The translations under genes and the position numbers were made by a program. Shown piece by piece: positions 12,001 to 22,137 of a stretch of DNA of 52,589 nt (position 1 is its first letter; each line of letters opens with the position of its first letter). Location of the stretch: assembly GCA_020184695.1 (NCBI GenBank), contig JAANOX010000107.1, positions 1 through 52,589 on the forward strand, in the 5' to 3' direction. Source of the DNA: Histomonas meleagridis 2922-C6/04-290x (taxonomy: Eukaryota > Protista > Parabasalia). Below the pieces are notes generated by a model. It was given only the letters and a program-made list of their open reading frames with translations. It was not told the origin of the DNA and searched no databases.

Positions 12001-15000
12001 ACATTTATATTAGAAGATTGTTCATTAATTCCTATAGCTAATAAAACATTACATTATTTATTATCAATTACTAAATCACAAGGAGAAGAATTATCAACTA
12101 AACTTAAAGAATCCGAATTTGTATCTTGGAATATATTAGATATAGTATTAAATAAATCACCAAAACTTTTAGATAAATATATAAATCATTCTGCAGAATT
12201 TAAATCAAATTATTTCGATTCAATTGCAAATCAATTTATACAAATCGAATCTAAAAAAGATTTCTTTAAGAAATTAAAACAAAGAAATGTTAATCAACAA
12301 AAGAAAGAAGAAGAAGAATTTACTCAAATTTATTTTATGAAAACTGGTTCATTATTAGCTTTATCATTTTATTATTTAGCATTAGCTCATAATTTATCAC
12401 AAACTTATTCATTTTTAACAAATATAATATTTTCTTCTTCTTTAATTAATAATGATAAAACTTTAACTAATTTATTAATTGAAGAATTTGATAAAATAGG
12501 TATCATTCAATATAGTGAATTTTCCGAATTATTTTCTGATGTAATTTTAGAATTAAGTACATTATTAAGTCTTACACATTCATTTTGTGGTGAACAATTT
12601 GTATATCAAATGTTTCAAATTATTATTAAAATTAAAGATTTACAATTATTACGTAAATTACTTTTATATGTTATACCTTGGATTCGATCCATTAGTTTTG
12701 ATTTAAATTCGAAAAATGTATTACAAAAAACTTCGAAATATTTTTCATCATTTAGTTTATATTCATTTATCGAATCAAACATATCAATTTTATCAAATAT
12801 TATAATGATCATTATAACTAATGCAAAAATCCAACAAAAAATGCGATTAAGTCAAAGTGAAAATGATGATAATAAAAATAATAATAATAATAAAATACAA
12901 ACTAAAGTTAAAACTTCTTTATCACCACCAACAGAATTTCGAAGTTTAATTGATCAAGTTATTGAATATCAAGTTAAAACTGATCAAATTTCATCATTTA
13001 AAATTTATTTATTAAATTGTGTATATAATTTATCACGTTCACATCGTGTCGGCAAAACATTTTTAAGTTATTTATTCTCAGCAAAACGTAAAGAAACTGT
13101 ACAAATATTATTTAACTTTTTAAAGTTTAGTTCATGGTTAAATTATCATAATTTAGTAGCTAAAGAAAGAGATACATCGATTAATACAAATATCATCATG
13201 AAAAACACAAAACATGTTTCACGTGATCGTAATAGTCGAGGATCATTTCTTTATAAAACTAAGAATCAAAGTCAAGAAGAAATAACAATCAAGAAATCAA
13301 AACGTAAAGGCTCAAGTGAAAGTGAAAACAGAGATTATGAATTAGAGAATGGACTTTTATTTTCAAAGACTTATACGTCAATTATTAATTTTATTTTACC
13401 AATTATTTATGATCAACTTTGTAAAGAACAAATTCAATCACAAGCGCAAATATTATTATCATTTTCTATTACAATGATGAATACATTTCCTAAAGCATTA
13501 AATATATTAACTAAATTCATACCAAATTATAAGAAAGATATTGGCGTCGATATTGATTCGATCATTGGATTTATTAATACATTTGATGAAAAACAAAAAG
13601 AAGAATTTGGGTTTGAAATATTATCATGGGGTACAATGTGTGGTGACTTAAACATAGCAAAAATTGCAATGAAAATTTATTCACATATATTAATCCCTTA
13701 TAATAATGATGTTGAAATAGCTATAATGAATTCGATTATAGACGTGTCTCAAGCTATATATGAATTACGACAAACAGTTGAAATTAAGGATATCATTGAT
13801 ATATCATATGAATATATTTCAATATGTATATCAGCGTTAAGTGAATTAGTTAAAAAACTTGAAAAACCTTCAATCGAAATAGTGAAGTTAACATTACAAT
13901 TCATTTCTTATGTTAATCAAGAAATAGTAATTAACTCATTAATCTTATTAAATAATTTGTTACAAAATAATTATATAAGTAATACATTACAAAACTCTTC
14001 AATCACTGGTTTTTATCAAATTCTTGAACATAATAATACTCAAATTAAAAACCCGAAAATTATTTATGATATAATATGTCAATCAATTATTACTAATAAC
14101 TTAAACTTCTTAATGAATAATGAAAAATCATTACCTGTGACTTGTTTATTGTTGTTAACAATGAAATATATATTTAATGATTTAATTAATTCACGTAAAA
14201 TTATTTTCAAATTAAGTGAAAAATTTGACGATAAATTAATTTGTGAGCAATTAAATGAAAAAGTGCCCGAAACGGATTTATATTTACGTTTATCGAAAAT
14301 GATCGATTCAACTGAAGTTAAAACAATTTTAAACATTTTATTAAAAATGCAAAACATTAACAAAAGTACAAATAGTGCTTATATTTATGAATTAGCTACT
14401 AAGCTTTTAAATAATGAAACTTTAAATAGTAATATATTCGATAACTTAGTAAACATTGCAACCGATGATAAAACTCCAGGTAATTCATTTGCTATACATA
14501 ACTTTATTACAAAATGGAACCAAAGAAATAAAGAAAATGTAAACAAAACTGACAAAGCCGATAATAATCCACAGAAAAAAACACAGTTTTTGAATTTGGA
14601 ACCGTTAAAGAGAATTGACAACGTTATACAAAAAATGACGCGACTCGAAAAAATTAACGAGTTTTTGCCAATGTGGTTAATAGATCCTGCATTTCATTTT
14701 TGTCCTTCAGTTGCAGGTAATATGTGTGTATCATTACAAATAGATATTGACCCATTTACAAGTTGGGAGAAATTAATGAAAAATATTGAAACATCGAAAT
14801 TTAAAGCTGAAAGTTATAAATGTGAAAAAATGGATGAAATCGAAAGATATGTAAAAGAATTAACAATTAATGAAGAGTCAACAGATAATTTATCTGCAAT
14901 TAATAAAAAGATAAATAATATCGAAGATAAATCTGTTGCAGAAGATCTCGAATTTGCACCTTCGAAAGAATTGGTGAAAATGGAAGGAAACCAAGAAATA

Positions 15001-15048
15001 GGTAATAATGAAAAAGAGAGACACGTCGAGTTTTATAATGGTTTTTGA
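9001..15048 (+). CDS. Large helical (ARM/HEAT-like) protein, possible Furry/Tao3/Mor2 homologue
   Basis: Uninterrupted 2015-aa ORF. LLLYVIPWIRSISFD and LSWGTMCGDLNIAKIAMKIYSHIL resemble, from memory, the Furry segments LxYLxPWLxNIEL and WATSC..RHLACRSFQIFRAL. Confidence 0.5.
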   Translation: MSENIIDIHVSRILSKSSFNHTASSVFRQMLEKIPDPIFPTKKQQSNFQQIQDALEDFWITDRSLISIILPCLALADVNPFDCFDQFSSNLPEINQNTAPKKGTGGKTFYTDLLNDIDWDQPKNRLCGLSLNLMVLCYFFDLIISQVKLEDKLFNSSFIKLFFRIFNLFPKDTNEFYSTAYHKPAKFIAPTICKFTLNLDTKFTINTFDQIFGVEDKTHKIKASEALSSPMLEVYLYFFSQVNFGSTISNDLLSNAHKLLEKIRCVGNKVKDYDSSLHYAVLACMYNVVGLLFINDRTFSTSKIISEIYDFTLSLIKNSYYKGPAHALHTLIYVFADDNKNITMPIMKYINKYLKPLVGKPEFAGCFLQSIIILLRGKNYKQNSLLKLTGENFNWRTKKEFFGSDTRQFMVSSIFSSNNSACFVDYQTELSDFFLQYSSDPSSGFARDIFPKLMLESFKKNNMRSVLITIKRMLSPRSGYPQNLGFQDQLADLAHSTIVPLINDESKQQNTENNMKLCKTYTILQSLKMNHDDIYKVLDENLSMIQIVKAPLLSAKIVSTQFQKWAKRADLPLTINRYEANIEFVNQAQIIPKNSLQALEIVPLVTIDEEIIIPVCEIICSTDIYLSLLASRILESIHYQNENNGKLITKQIVLNLVNHMSLVVANLFRYLSVIQQQIEISASLNRIIDDEQYKLIEVILMISLCCSYYQVRILALNIIEQIKQVIPQNKINLNDFIEQNDEKISKIAKENILRGYIQSEEIIQTCINISFKDVASSQCNSFYQYYLAVFANEYIKYENNEELGKNELFNMLEEILNNDLTKMKFIDPLFYGNLLIFWSNAHIETIDQTKFMNYHNNICELLNNDEINLINTCEAMISSLELKALLQLFDYTILKPTYYLTLLIGIRNELYQEEFINLDYNDPIFKSFWKFFDFISFQFNKEDETSELFKKEINNNLIITSKTFFQLIYNKNNAYPNGPYLRTPIFLLDQIENFQKDKWLTFILEDCSLIPIANKTLHYLLSITKSQGEELSTKLKESEFVSWNILDIVLNKSPKLLDKYINHSAEFKSNYFDSIANQFIQIESKKDFFKKLKQRNVNQQKKEEEEFTQIYFMKTGSLLALSFYYLALAHNLSQTYSFLTNIIFSSSLINNDKTLTNLLIEEFDKIGIIQYSEFSELFSDVILELSTLLSLTHSFCGEQFVYQMFQIIIKIKDLQLLRKLLLYVIPWIRSISFDLNSKNVLQKTSKYFSSFSLYSFIESNISILSNIIMIIITNAKIQQKMRLSQSENDDNKNNNNNKIQTKVKTSLSPPTEFRSLIDQVIEYQVKTDQISSFKIYLLNCVYNLSRSHRVGKTFLSYLFSAKRKETVQILFNFLKFSSWLNYHNLVAKERDTSINTNIIMKNTKHVSRDRNSRGSFLYKTKNQSQEEITIKKSKRKGSSESENRDYELENGLLFSKTYTSIINFILPIIYDQLCKEQIQSQAQILLSFSITMMNTFPKALNILTKFIPNYKKDIGVDIDSIIGFINTFDEKQKEEFGFEILSWGTMCGDLNIAKIAMKIYSHILIPYNNDVEIAIMNSIIDVSQAIYELRQTVEIKDIIDISYEYISICISALSELVKKLEKPSIEIVKLTLQFISYVNQEIVINSLILLNNLLQNNYISNTLQNSSITGFYQILEHNNTQIKNPKIIYDIICQSIITNNLNFLMNNEKSLPVTCLLLLTMKYIFNDLINSRKIIFKLSEKFDDKLICEQLNEKVPETDLYLRLSKMIDSTEVKTILNILLKMQNINKSTNSAYIYELATKLLNNETLNSNIFDNLVNIATDDKTPGNSFAIHNFITKWNQRNKENVNKTDKADNNPQKKTQFLNLEPLKRIDNVIQKMTRLEKINEFLPMWLIDPAFHFCPSVAGNMCVSLQIDIDPFTSWEKLMKNIETSKFKAESYKCEKMDEIERYVKELTINEESTDNLSAINKKINNIEDKSVAEDLEFAPSKELVKMEGNQEIGNNEKERHVEFYNGF

Positions 15049-15455
15049 AATATGTTCTTACATATGATCATATGAAAATTAAATAACTAAAAAATACGGC
15101 AAAAAAATTTTGGAATTTTTTATATCACAAACAAAGAACTTTTGCTTTATGAAACTTTGGAATTCCTCTTCAGATATGAAATGTTTAACATTCTGATAAA
15201 ATTCATTATAATGGAGAACAAAATGAATAAAGTATAATTGCTTTGCCTATATTGGCTTAAAATTAGTGTTTACGAATTATTTTTTTTCATGAATTTCATG
15301 TGCTTAGAGCTGCACAAAAATTGAGACACTTTATCGTAAGATAGCGACCGTTAATAAAATTGACAAGCATTTTTGAGCTCAAAAATAATTTAAAAAGTTC
15401 ATTGGTTGAAAGTAAACTGTTAAACAGAAAAAGTGATGAAACTACAGTTGTTCCA

Positions 15456-16736
15456 ATGAGCTCACAGAATTTCTCATATGCGGCACCAATCTTCTCAAGT
15501 ATTAACTTACAAACAAATCCATGCGGTGCATTTTTCTTTTCGTTTTGGATATTTTGGACATTATTTTTCATATTCAATGTTGTTCTATTCTTCCGTCTCA
15601 GAAATTCATTTTACATCAGGTCTCGATCACCGTGGCTAATTTTTTCTTCTGCCATTGGTCAATATTTAATGACTTCTACTCTAGTATTAAAATCTATCGT
15701 GTTATCAGGTGGCGGTGAATTTTACAATTTCTTTGATCACTGGTTCATGTGGTTTATGTTGCCACTCCATTTTTTCCCATATCCAGTTCGATCACTTCGT
15801 TTCATCATAATATATCAGATCAACAAATCTGAGGTTACTGAAGGAGAAAAAGGCCAAGAAAATTGTGCTTCAAAGCTGATAGCATGGCTAAAAGCGCATA
15901 ACAAAATTATATCTGATACTGCATTTTTAATACTTCTTTGGATAATTATTGGTATTGCTTTTCTTGCTGGCCTTTATCGTTGCATAAAGCTTCCTGCTAA
16001 TCATTGGGGCGTCGCTTCTCAGACTAGCCAAAACATTTATTGGATTACGATTTTAATCTTTTGGGTAATTGTTCAAGTTTTACTCTGGATTGCAGTTTAT
16101 TTCATCCGAAAGATCCATGATGAGCTTAAATACAACATTGAGCTTACATCAATCGGAATATGTTGGCTTGTTCTTATTGGTCTTTATATTGTCTTAGGTT
16201 GGGTTGAAGGCTCACAAAACAAGTCCACAATTGTACCACCGATATTTGCTAATGTTCTTTGTATAATTTCAATGTTATTATCATTTGGTATGCCAATACA
16301 ATTAGCATATGTTAAACCGCCTGAAGTTAAGCTTGGTATGGAACGATTAGATAAACTTGAAGAGCTCCTTAAGGACAAAGAAGCGAGCAAAATGTTCATT
16401 GAGTTCGTTAACAAGCGGGGGTGCCCCGAGGGGTACCTCTTTTATCGGGAGATCGAAAAGTTCAGGAAAATTTCGAGTCAAGAGGAATTAAATGAAGCGT
16501 TTGCAAGAATTAAGAAAACATATATTGAACAAAATGCAACAATGCGAGTAAATATCGCAGATCATATTGTGAAGGAAATTGGAAAAGTGAAAACCCCAAC
16601 TGCTGATGTGTTTAATGACGCATTTATTGATAACTTACGATTGATGAAAACAGATTTGTTCCCGCAATTTAAATGCTCAAAGCAATTAAAGGATTACGCA
16701 AAGAAACTTAGGGCTAAAGGTGATTTGATTATATAA
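15456..16736 (+). CDS. 7TM-RGS protein (multi-pass membrane domain plus C-terminal RGS domain)
   Basis: About seven hydrophobic helices, then LEELLKDKEASKMFIEFV..GCPEGYLFYREIEKFRK..IKKTYIEQNATMRVNI..VFNDA..LMKTDLFPQF (RGS fold). First ATG at 15456. Confidence 0.85.
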   Translation: MSSQNFSYAAPIFSSINLQTNPCGAFFFSFWIFWTLFFIFNVVLFFRLRNSFYIRSRSPWLIFSSAIGQYLMTSTLVLKSIVLSGGGEFYNFFDHWFMWFMLPLHFFPYPVRSLRFIIIYQINKSEVTEGEKGQENCASKLIAWLKAHNKIISDTAFLILLWIIIGIAFLAGLYRCIKLPANHWGVASQTSQNIYWITILIFWVIVQVLLWIAVYFIRKIHDELKYNIELTSIGICWLVLIGLYIVLGWVEGSQNKSTIVPPIFANVLCIISMLLSFGMPIQLAYVKPPEVKLGMERLDKLEELLKDKEASKMFIEFVNKRGCPEGYLFYREIEKFRKISSQEELNEAFARIKKTYIEQNATMRVNIADHIVKEIGKVKTPTADVFNDAFIDNLRLMKTDLFPQFKCSKQLKDYAKKLRAKGDLII

Positions 16737-16964
16737 CAAAAGAAAAATATTTTTTGACTGACTAGTCATAATGTTTGCTTTACTTTTGGAAAATATTTTA
16801 GTAAAATTTTAATTGGAAAACAAAAAAATGTTTCAAAAGAATTACATTATGAAATAATTTAATGATTTCGTTGATTGGAAAAATGTATTTTACTTTCAAA
16901 GGAATATGTTTATTATTAGAAATTTTTTGATACTCTCTATGGTTAACAAATGAATATATTATTT

Positions 16965-17296
16965 TGGACAGCACTTATTATAACATCTAAAAATAATGAT
17001 ATAGAAATTGTGAAATTACTTCTTGAATATGAAGAATCGATGTTAATGCTAAAAATGATTGTTAGTTTTATTTAATATTTATTTAAAGAATTTTGGGTTT
17101 CAATTTAATATTTGGAAATTACTTCAAGTGTTTTTTACACAGCACAAATAATGGCATCTAAAAAAGGCCACACAGATATAGTCAGTTACTTCTTGAAGGA
17201 AAAGAAATCGATGTTAATGCTAAAAATATTTATTTGTTTTATTTGGTGTTTATTAAATTAATTTATTAATATTTCAAAATAATATTTGGAATTTAT
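16965..17296 (+). pseudogene. Degenerate ankyrin-repeat remnant with two AT-rich inserts
   Basis: acagcacttatt..gaaattgtgaaattacttcttgaa..gatgttaatgctaaaaat units carry frameshifts. Each is followed by the insert family seen at 20878-21614. Confidence 0.75.
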
Positions 17297-17434
17297 TTCT
17301 CGACCTTCTATACCGCTAAATGGAGAATGGATACAATTAAAGAATTAAGAAAAGCTGAAAAATAGATAGCAACAAAGGAACGTGGATAATTGCATTAGCT
17401 GATACATATGGAAGGAAAAAAAAAAAAAAAGATA
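17297..17434 (+). repeat. Ectopic copy of an internal fragment of the adenylate cyclase gene (28108-28240)
   Basis: Direct alignment: ttctcgaccttctatac(c)cgctaaat.gagaatggatacaattaaagaattaagaaaagctgaaaaata...tgcattagctgatacatatggaagg(A)n gata. It has a few substitutions and indels, and the A-run is 15 nt versus 8 nt. Confidence 0.9.
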
Positions 17435-17815
17435 TAGAATGTAAAAACCAAAATTCAATTTCGAATTAATGAGACATTGTACATAACGTTATGACATATA
17501 GTACATATTCTTGGTGGGCCGCATTTTTAAATGAAAATCCTAATAAAATTGTTGATGCACCCAAATATTGGATTGGAGGAAGAAAAATTTTTCAAATTTT
17601 ACAATTTTTTAATTCCTAAATATTATGTTAAATTCTAGAAAAAAAAATAAATTTTTATGTTTATTTCACAAAATTTTTCGTTGACCTTTTTTTATTTTAT
17701 GATTCATTGGAGGAGAAAAGTATAAATTATTGATATGCAATTTTTTGTAAACTGTTTGAATTTAAAAGTGAAATATTCGTTGTCAGTTATGATCGTTTTT
17801 TTGAATAAGAACCAG

Positions 17816-18310
17816 ATGCTCCAAACCCGAGAAGACCAGCAGATTGCAAGTTTAAAAGAAATAGATGAAATGATCAACCAAAAAAACGTTGAATTGGACA
17901 AAGCAGAAGGGGAACTCGACTATCTTGAAAACCAACTCGAAATTAAAAATCATCAGTTATCAATTATTGAAGATATACTTAATAATGCTGAGGAAAAATA
18001 TGCCTTATTTGATACACTTATTACAAAGTATGAAGAAGAAGCGAAATCATTTCCAAAACCTCCACAAAATAAAGCCGAAGTTCTTGAAGAAGTTAAATCA
18101 TTCTATCGCCAATTTGAAATGCATGAAAAAAATATACAAGATTTAATTGACGATCCAAAAGATCTCAAGGATCTTATCAAAATAGCATCAGATATCACAG
18201 CACGATATGAAATATTACGGCAAAAAGCGCTTGAAATAGGGATCTCAGAAGATCTTATACCAGATAGAAAGGATGATTGGTTTGAAGAAGAAGAAAATCT
18301 GGATTTTTAA
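17816..18310 (+). CDS. Small coiled-coil hypothetical protein
   Basis: E/K/Q/L-rich heptad pattern and an acidic tail (DDWFEEEENLDF). The start at MLQTRED is a guess; the ORF is open from 17735. Confidence 0.6.
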   Translation: MLQTREDQQIASLKEIDEMINQKNVELDKAEGELDYLENQLEIKNHQLSIIEDILNNAEEKYALFDTLITKYEEEAKSFPKPPQNKAEVLEEVKSFYRQFEMHEKNIQDLIDDPKDLKDLIKIASDITARYEILRQKALEIGISEDLIPDRKDDWFEEEENLDF

Positions 18311-18567
18311 TGAAATAAATTTACTTTTTTTTGCGAAAAAATTTATATCATTTTGGTTATCATCGAAAAAATTTGATATCATCATTTTGTTTGTCAAATT
18401 ATCAATATTATCAGGATGAACAGAATCTAAGTAATGCTGAAGCTTTAGCAAAACTTTGAAGAATTCATCCAGGAATTTTTAACGTTCTTTTTTCATTAAC
18501 GTTCATTCAAGCTTGAATGCTTTTTTTGAATTTTAATTAATCGTTTTAATTTTTGAGTATTGTCCAT

Positions 18568-19581
18568 ATGTTCATTTTGTTTCTTTATTCTTCTTTTTCA
18601 ACAATAATAGAAATATCTTCGAGGAATATTAGTGATTTTATATCTGAGACACAAAGGATTCCTGTTTTTTTAAAATTATATTCTCAATGGTGTTCTCATT
18701 GCAAAGAATTAGAACCCACTTGGAAACAATTAGAAGAACATTATAAAAATGATGAAAGAGTTATCATAGCGTCTATGTCATGTGATAGTGAATTATCTAT
18801 TTGTAATAAGTTTCCACATTCAGGAACACCTCGGCTTTTTTTGGTTAAATCAGGTATAGAATCTAATGAATTTTATTATAACACGTATTCGTTAAATGAA
18901 TTTATTTCTTTTATCGAAAAGAGAATAACTGAGATGACAATATCCAAAATCTCAGATCATATGCAATTCAAAGAAATCATAAAATCTGATGAGAACTCAT
19001 CTTTATTCTTCCTTCAAGATATTAATTCAGATTTAAATGAACAAATTTTTGAAAATATTCTCAAAAAATATAAAAACGCACCAACCAAATTCTATAAACT
19101 TGAATATAAAGAATTTGATAATGAGACAAAACCTATTGTAATATATTTATCACCAATTACTAATGTTACAGATACACTATATCTTGAAGCTAATAGTGAT
19201 AAGTTAATCGAAGATTTTGTTGAATTACATTCATTTCCACCTATTTATAAAGCAACCACTTTTTTCTTTAAAGAACATCTAAATAAATCAACACCATTTA
19301 TGCTATATTATGAAAATGGAATATTTTTCACTAAAGACTTAATCGAAATGGCAAAAACATTTCCAAAATATCTTAAAACAGGTGTGATAAATTGTTCTGA
19401 AGTTCCACGAATGTGTCATACATTTGGAGTTCGTTTTAATGAAGGAAATCAATTAACGATTGTATATCCTACTAAAAGTGTTTATTATCATTATGAAGGA
19501 GAATATAATTCAAATGACATTATGTTGTGGATAGATAATGTTATGAATAATAAAGAAATACCATTAGGTCCAGGAGCATGA
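18568..19581 (+). CDS. Thioredoxin-fold (PDI/TMX-like) protein with signal peptide
   Basis: Hydrophobic N-terminus, FLKLYSQWCSHCKELEPTW (CxxC), then further Trx-like segments. It ends at TGA 19579-19581, and the same frame stays open beyond it. Confidence 0.85.
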   Translation: MFILFLYSSFSTIIEISSRNISDFISETQRIPVFLKLYSQWCSHCKELEPTWKQLEEHYKNDERVIIASMSCDSELSICNKFPHSGTPRLFLVKSGIESNEFYYNTYSLNEFISFIEKRITEMTISKISDHMQFKEIIKSDENSSLFFLQDINSDLNEQIFENILKKYKNAPTKFYKLEYKEFDNETKPIVIYLSPITNVTDTLYLEANSDKLIEDFVELHSFPPIYKATTFFFKEHLNKSTPFMLYYENGIFFTKDLIEMAKTFPKYLKTGVINCSEVPRMCHTFGVRFNEGNQLTIVYPTKSVYYHYEGEYNSNDIMLWIDNVMNNKEIPLGPGA

Positions 19582-21704
19582 TTTGATGGTTTTATATATA
19601 ATTTAAAGATACAATCAAAAAAGCCAAAATTTTGGTTTAATTTAATTAGAAATTTGATTATTGGATTTGTAATTGTTTCTGCATTCATTTTCTTGATTGT
19701 AAAAATGATTAAACTTGGATCAATAACAGAAACAGAAGAACAAGAAGAAGAAGAAACAGAAATAGATAATAATGAATGGAAAAAACTTAAATTAATGGAA
19801 AAAACAATTTTCCGTTTAAATGAAGCAAATATTGTACATTCAGCACAAGTAATCACTGATTTATTTAATAATAACTATTCATATTCATTTAACATAATTA
19901 TACTGAAAATGATTTATCAATCATTTGCAATATCAACAAATGATGTTAAACTATATTTTGATTTTTTAAAAATTATAGAAACTTTTGAAGAAAGCAAACA
20001 ATATAAATATAAAATATTTGATATGTTTGAAAAATTACTTTATGATTTGAATACTTCTGAGTCAAATTATCTTTTAGCATATATGAATGAAGTAAAAGCC
20101 ATAATAAACAAGAGTAGAAATTTTTGGCAATATATGACATCTGATGAAATCAATAGAATGAATTATCCAGATATAGATAAACTTTCGAAGAATGATTTTG
20201 CACTTCATAAGCAATTGATTAAAGAAGGACATAATCCAAATGAAATTGCACAAATAATTCGAAATGATGAAATAGAGAAACTTCAAGAAATATCATCACA
20301 AAGTAATTTTGATTTTAATCAAACAATTGAGCCATCACTTTATGAAAGATGTTCATTTATTAATCATAAAAATGTTACATTAATTGATTATGCAGCATTT
20401 TTTTCTTCAGTTAAATGTTTTAAATATTTACTTATGAATGGTTCAAAAGTAGAAAACACAGGTAAATATGCAGTTGTAGGTGGAAACCCAGAGATCATAC
20501 ATTTATGTGAACAAAATCATTCATCATTTTACAAAGCATATGAAACAGCAATTGAATTCCATCGAAATGATATCTTTCGTTATCTTTATGAGAATAAAAT
20601 AGGTGAAATTAACAAAATCGAAGAATTAGGAAAGATATGCATTTTAAATCATAACTATGAAATATTAAGATTTTTACTTAAAGAAAATGGATTGAAAATC
20701 AATCTTGATCTTTTTGAAGCTGCAGTAGATACTGAAAATTTGTATCTAACCAAACATTTTATAAAAGATAACAAAATTCCACAAAACATATTACTCATGA
20801 CAAAATCAGAAAATGTCGAACTTTTCCAATTTCTTTTAAAGCAAAAAATATTTGATATTGATGCTAAAGATATTTATCTGATTTCTTTAATATTTGTTTT
20901 AATAATTTAATGTTTCAAAATAAAATTTGGAAATTATTTATATTATTTAAAACAGCACTTATTAGAGCATCTGAAAATGGTCATATTGAAATAGTTAAAT
21001 TACTACTTGAACAAAAAGGAATTGATGTTAATGCTAAAGATATTTATATGTTTTATTTAAAATTTATTTTAATAATTTTATATTTCAAAATAATATTTGG
21101 AAATTATATAAATTATTTAGAACAGCACTTATATTAGCATCTTCAAATGATAAAATAGAAATAGTAAAATTACTTCTTGAACAAAAAGGAATTGATATTA
21201 ATGCTAAAGATAAAATTTATATGAATAATTTGATATTACAAAATAATATTTGGAAATTATTTAAATTATTTAAAACAGCACTTATTTATGCATCTTCAAA
21301 TGGTCATACAAAAATAGTTAAATTACTTCTTGAACAAAAAGGAATTGATATTAATTCTAAAAATATTTATTTGTTTTATTTGATGTTTATTTTAGTAATT
21401 TTGGAATATTTTAAAATAATATTTGGAAATTATTTAAATTATTTCAAACAGCACTTATTTTGGCATCTTGGAAAGGTCATACAGAAATCGTTAAATTACT
21501 TCTTGAACAAGAAGGAATTGATGTTAATGCTAAAAATATTTATTTGTTTTATTTGATGTTTATTTTAGTAATTTTGGAATATTTCAAAATAATATTTGGA
21601 AATTATTTAAATTATTTGAAACGACACTTATGTTAGCATCTGAAAATGATCATACAGAAATTGTTAAATTACTTCTTGAACAAAAAGAAATTGATATTAA
21701 TTAA
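19582..21704 (+). CDS. TM helix + DUF3447-type domain + ankyrin repeats interrupted by five inserts
   Basis: LIDYAAFFSSVKCFKYLL..KYAVVGGN.EIIHLCEQ..AIEFHRNDIF is typical of trichomonad DUF3447 ankyrins. Ankyrin pieces are at 20946-21047, 21116-21220, 21269-21370, 21442-21543 and 21615-21704. An internal ATG lies at 19705. The gene model depends on insert removal. Confidence 0.7.
20878..21614 (+). other. Five intron-like AT-rich inserts: 20878-20945, 21048-21115, 21221-21268, 21371-21441, 21544-21614
   Basis: Lengths 68, 68, 48, 71 and 71 nt. Each lies between ATT TAT (I-Y) and TTT N(A/G)A AC (F-x-T) of an ankyrin repeat. Boundaries are ambiguous by a few nt. Confidence 0.75.
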
Positions 21705-22137
21705 TTATGAAGACAAAAATCTTCAAGGTTAATTTAGTTGTATTTAAATCTGATGTTTTAAATTAGGTGTATTAAACAACAATTTGTATTAAAATACAAG
21801 AAATTATTTTTTAACAAGAGAAAAATTGTGTTATAATTATGTATAATTTATTTTTAATGTTTAACTAGCCCATGGGCATCATGATGAAACATAAAATTAA
21901 TTTAGAGATATAATGTTTTCGTAAGTGAAAGCATCTGAGCTTTTATAAAATTAACATTTTGTGCAATGGCTTAACAACATTAACGTTCGTCAATTTTGAA
22001 CCACATTATATTTGATATGTTTATATAAAAGTATTGATGACTTTTGGTATGAAAAAGTACCACTTTTCTCACAACATGACTTTTCGGAAACCGTGATTTT
22101 GAACACAAAACCTCGTATCGTTATATCGAATTCCCTA

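Noticed and set aside
17416-17430. Poly(A) tail suggesting a retrocopy of the cyclase fragment
   Set aside because: The A-run exists in the donor (A8 at 28229-28236), homology continues past it (gata), and it lies on the antisense strand.
19579-19581. TGA as selenocysteine, or genome-wide TGA=Trp
   Set aside because: The TGA is far from the CxxC site and I recognised no SECIS. TGG is used for Trp, and TGA ends the 2015-aa ORF normally (15046-15048).
20869-21614. U12-type AT-AC splicing (ATattt...aaAC)
   Set aside because: Both candidate AT donors give a frameshift and delete the conserved Thr, and the ATATCCTT donor consensus is absent.
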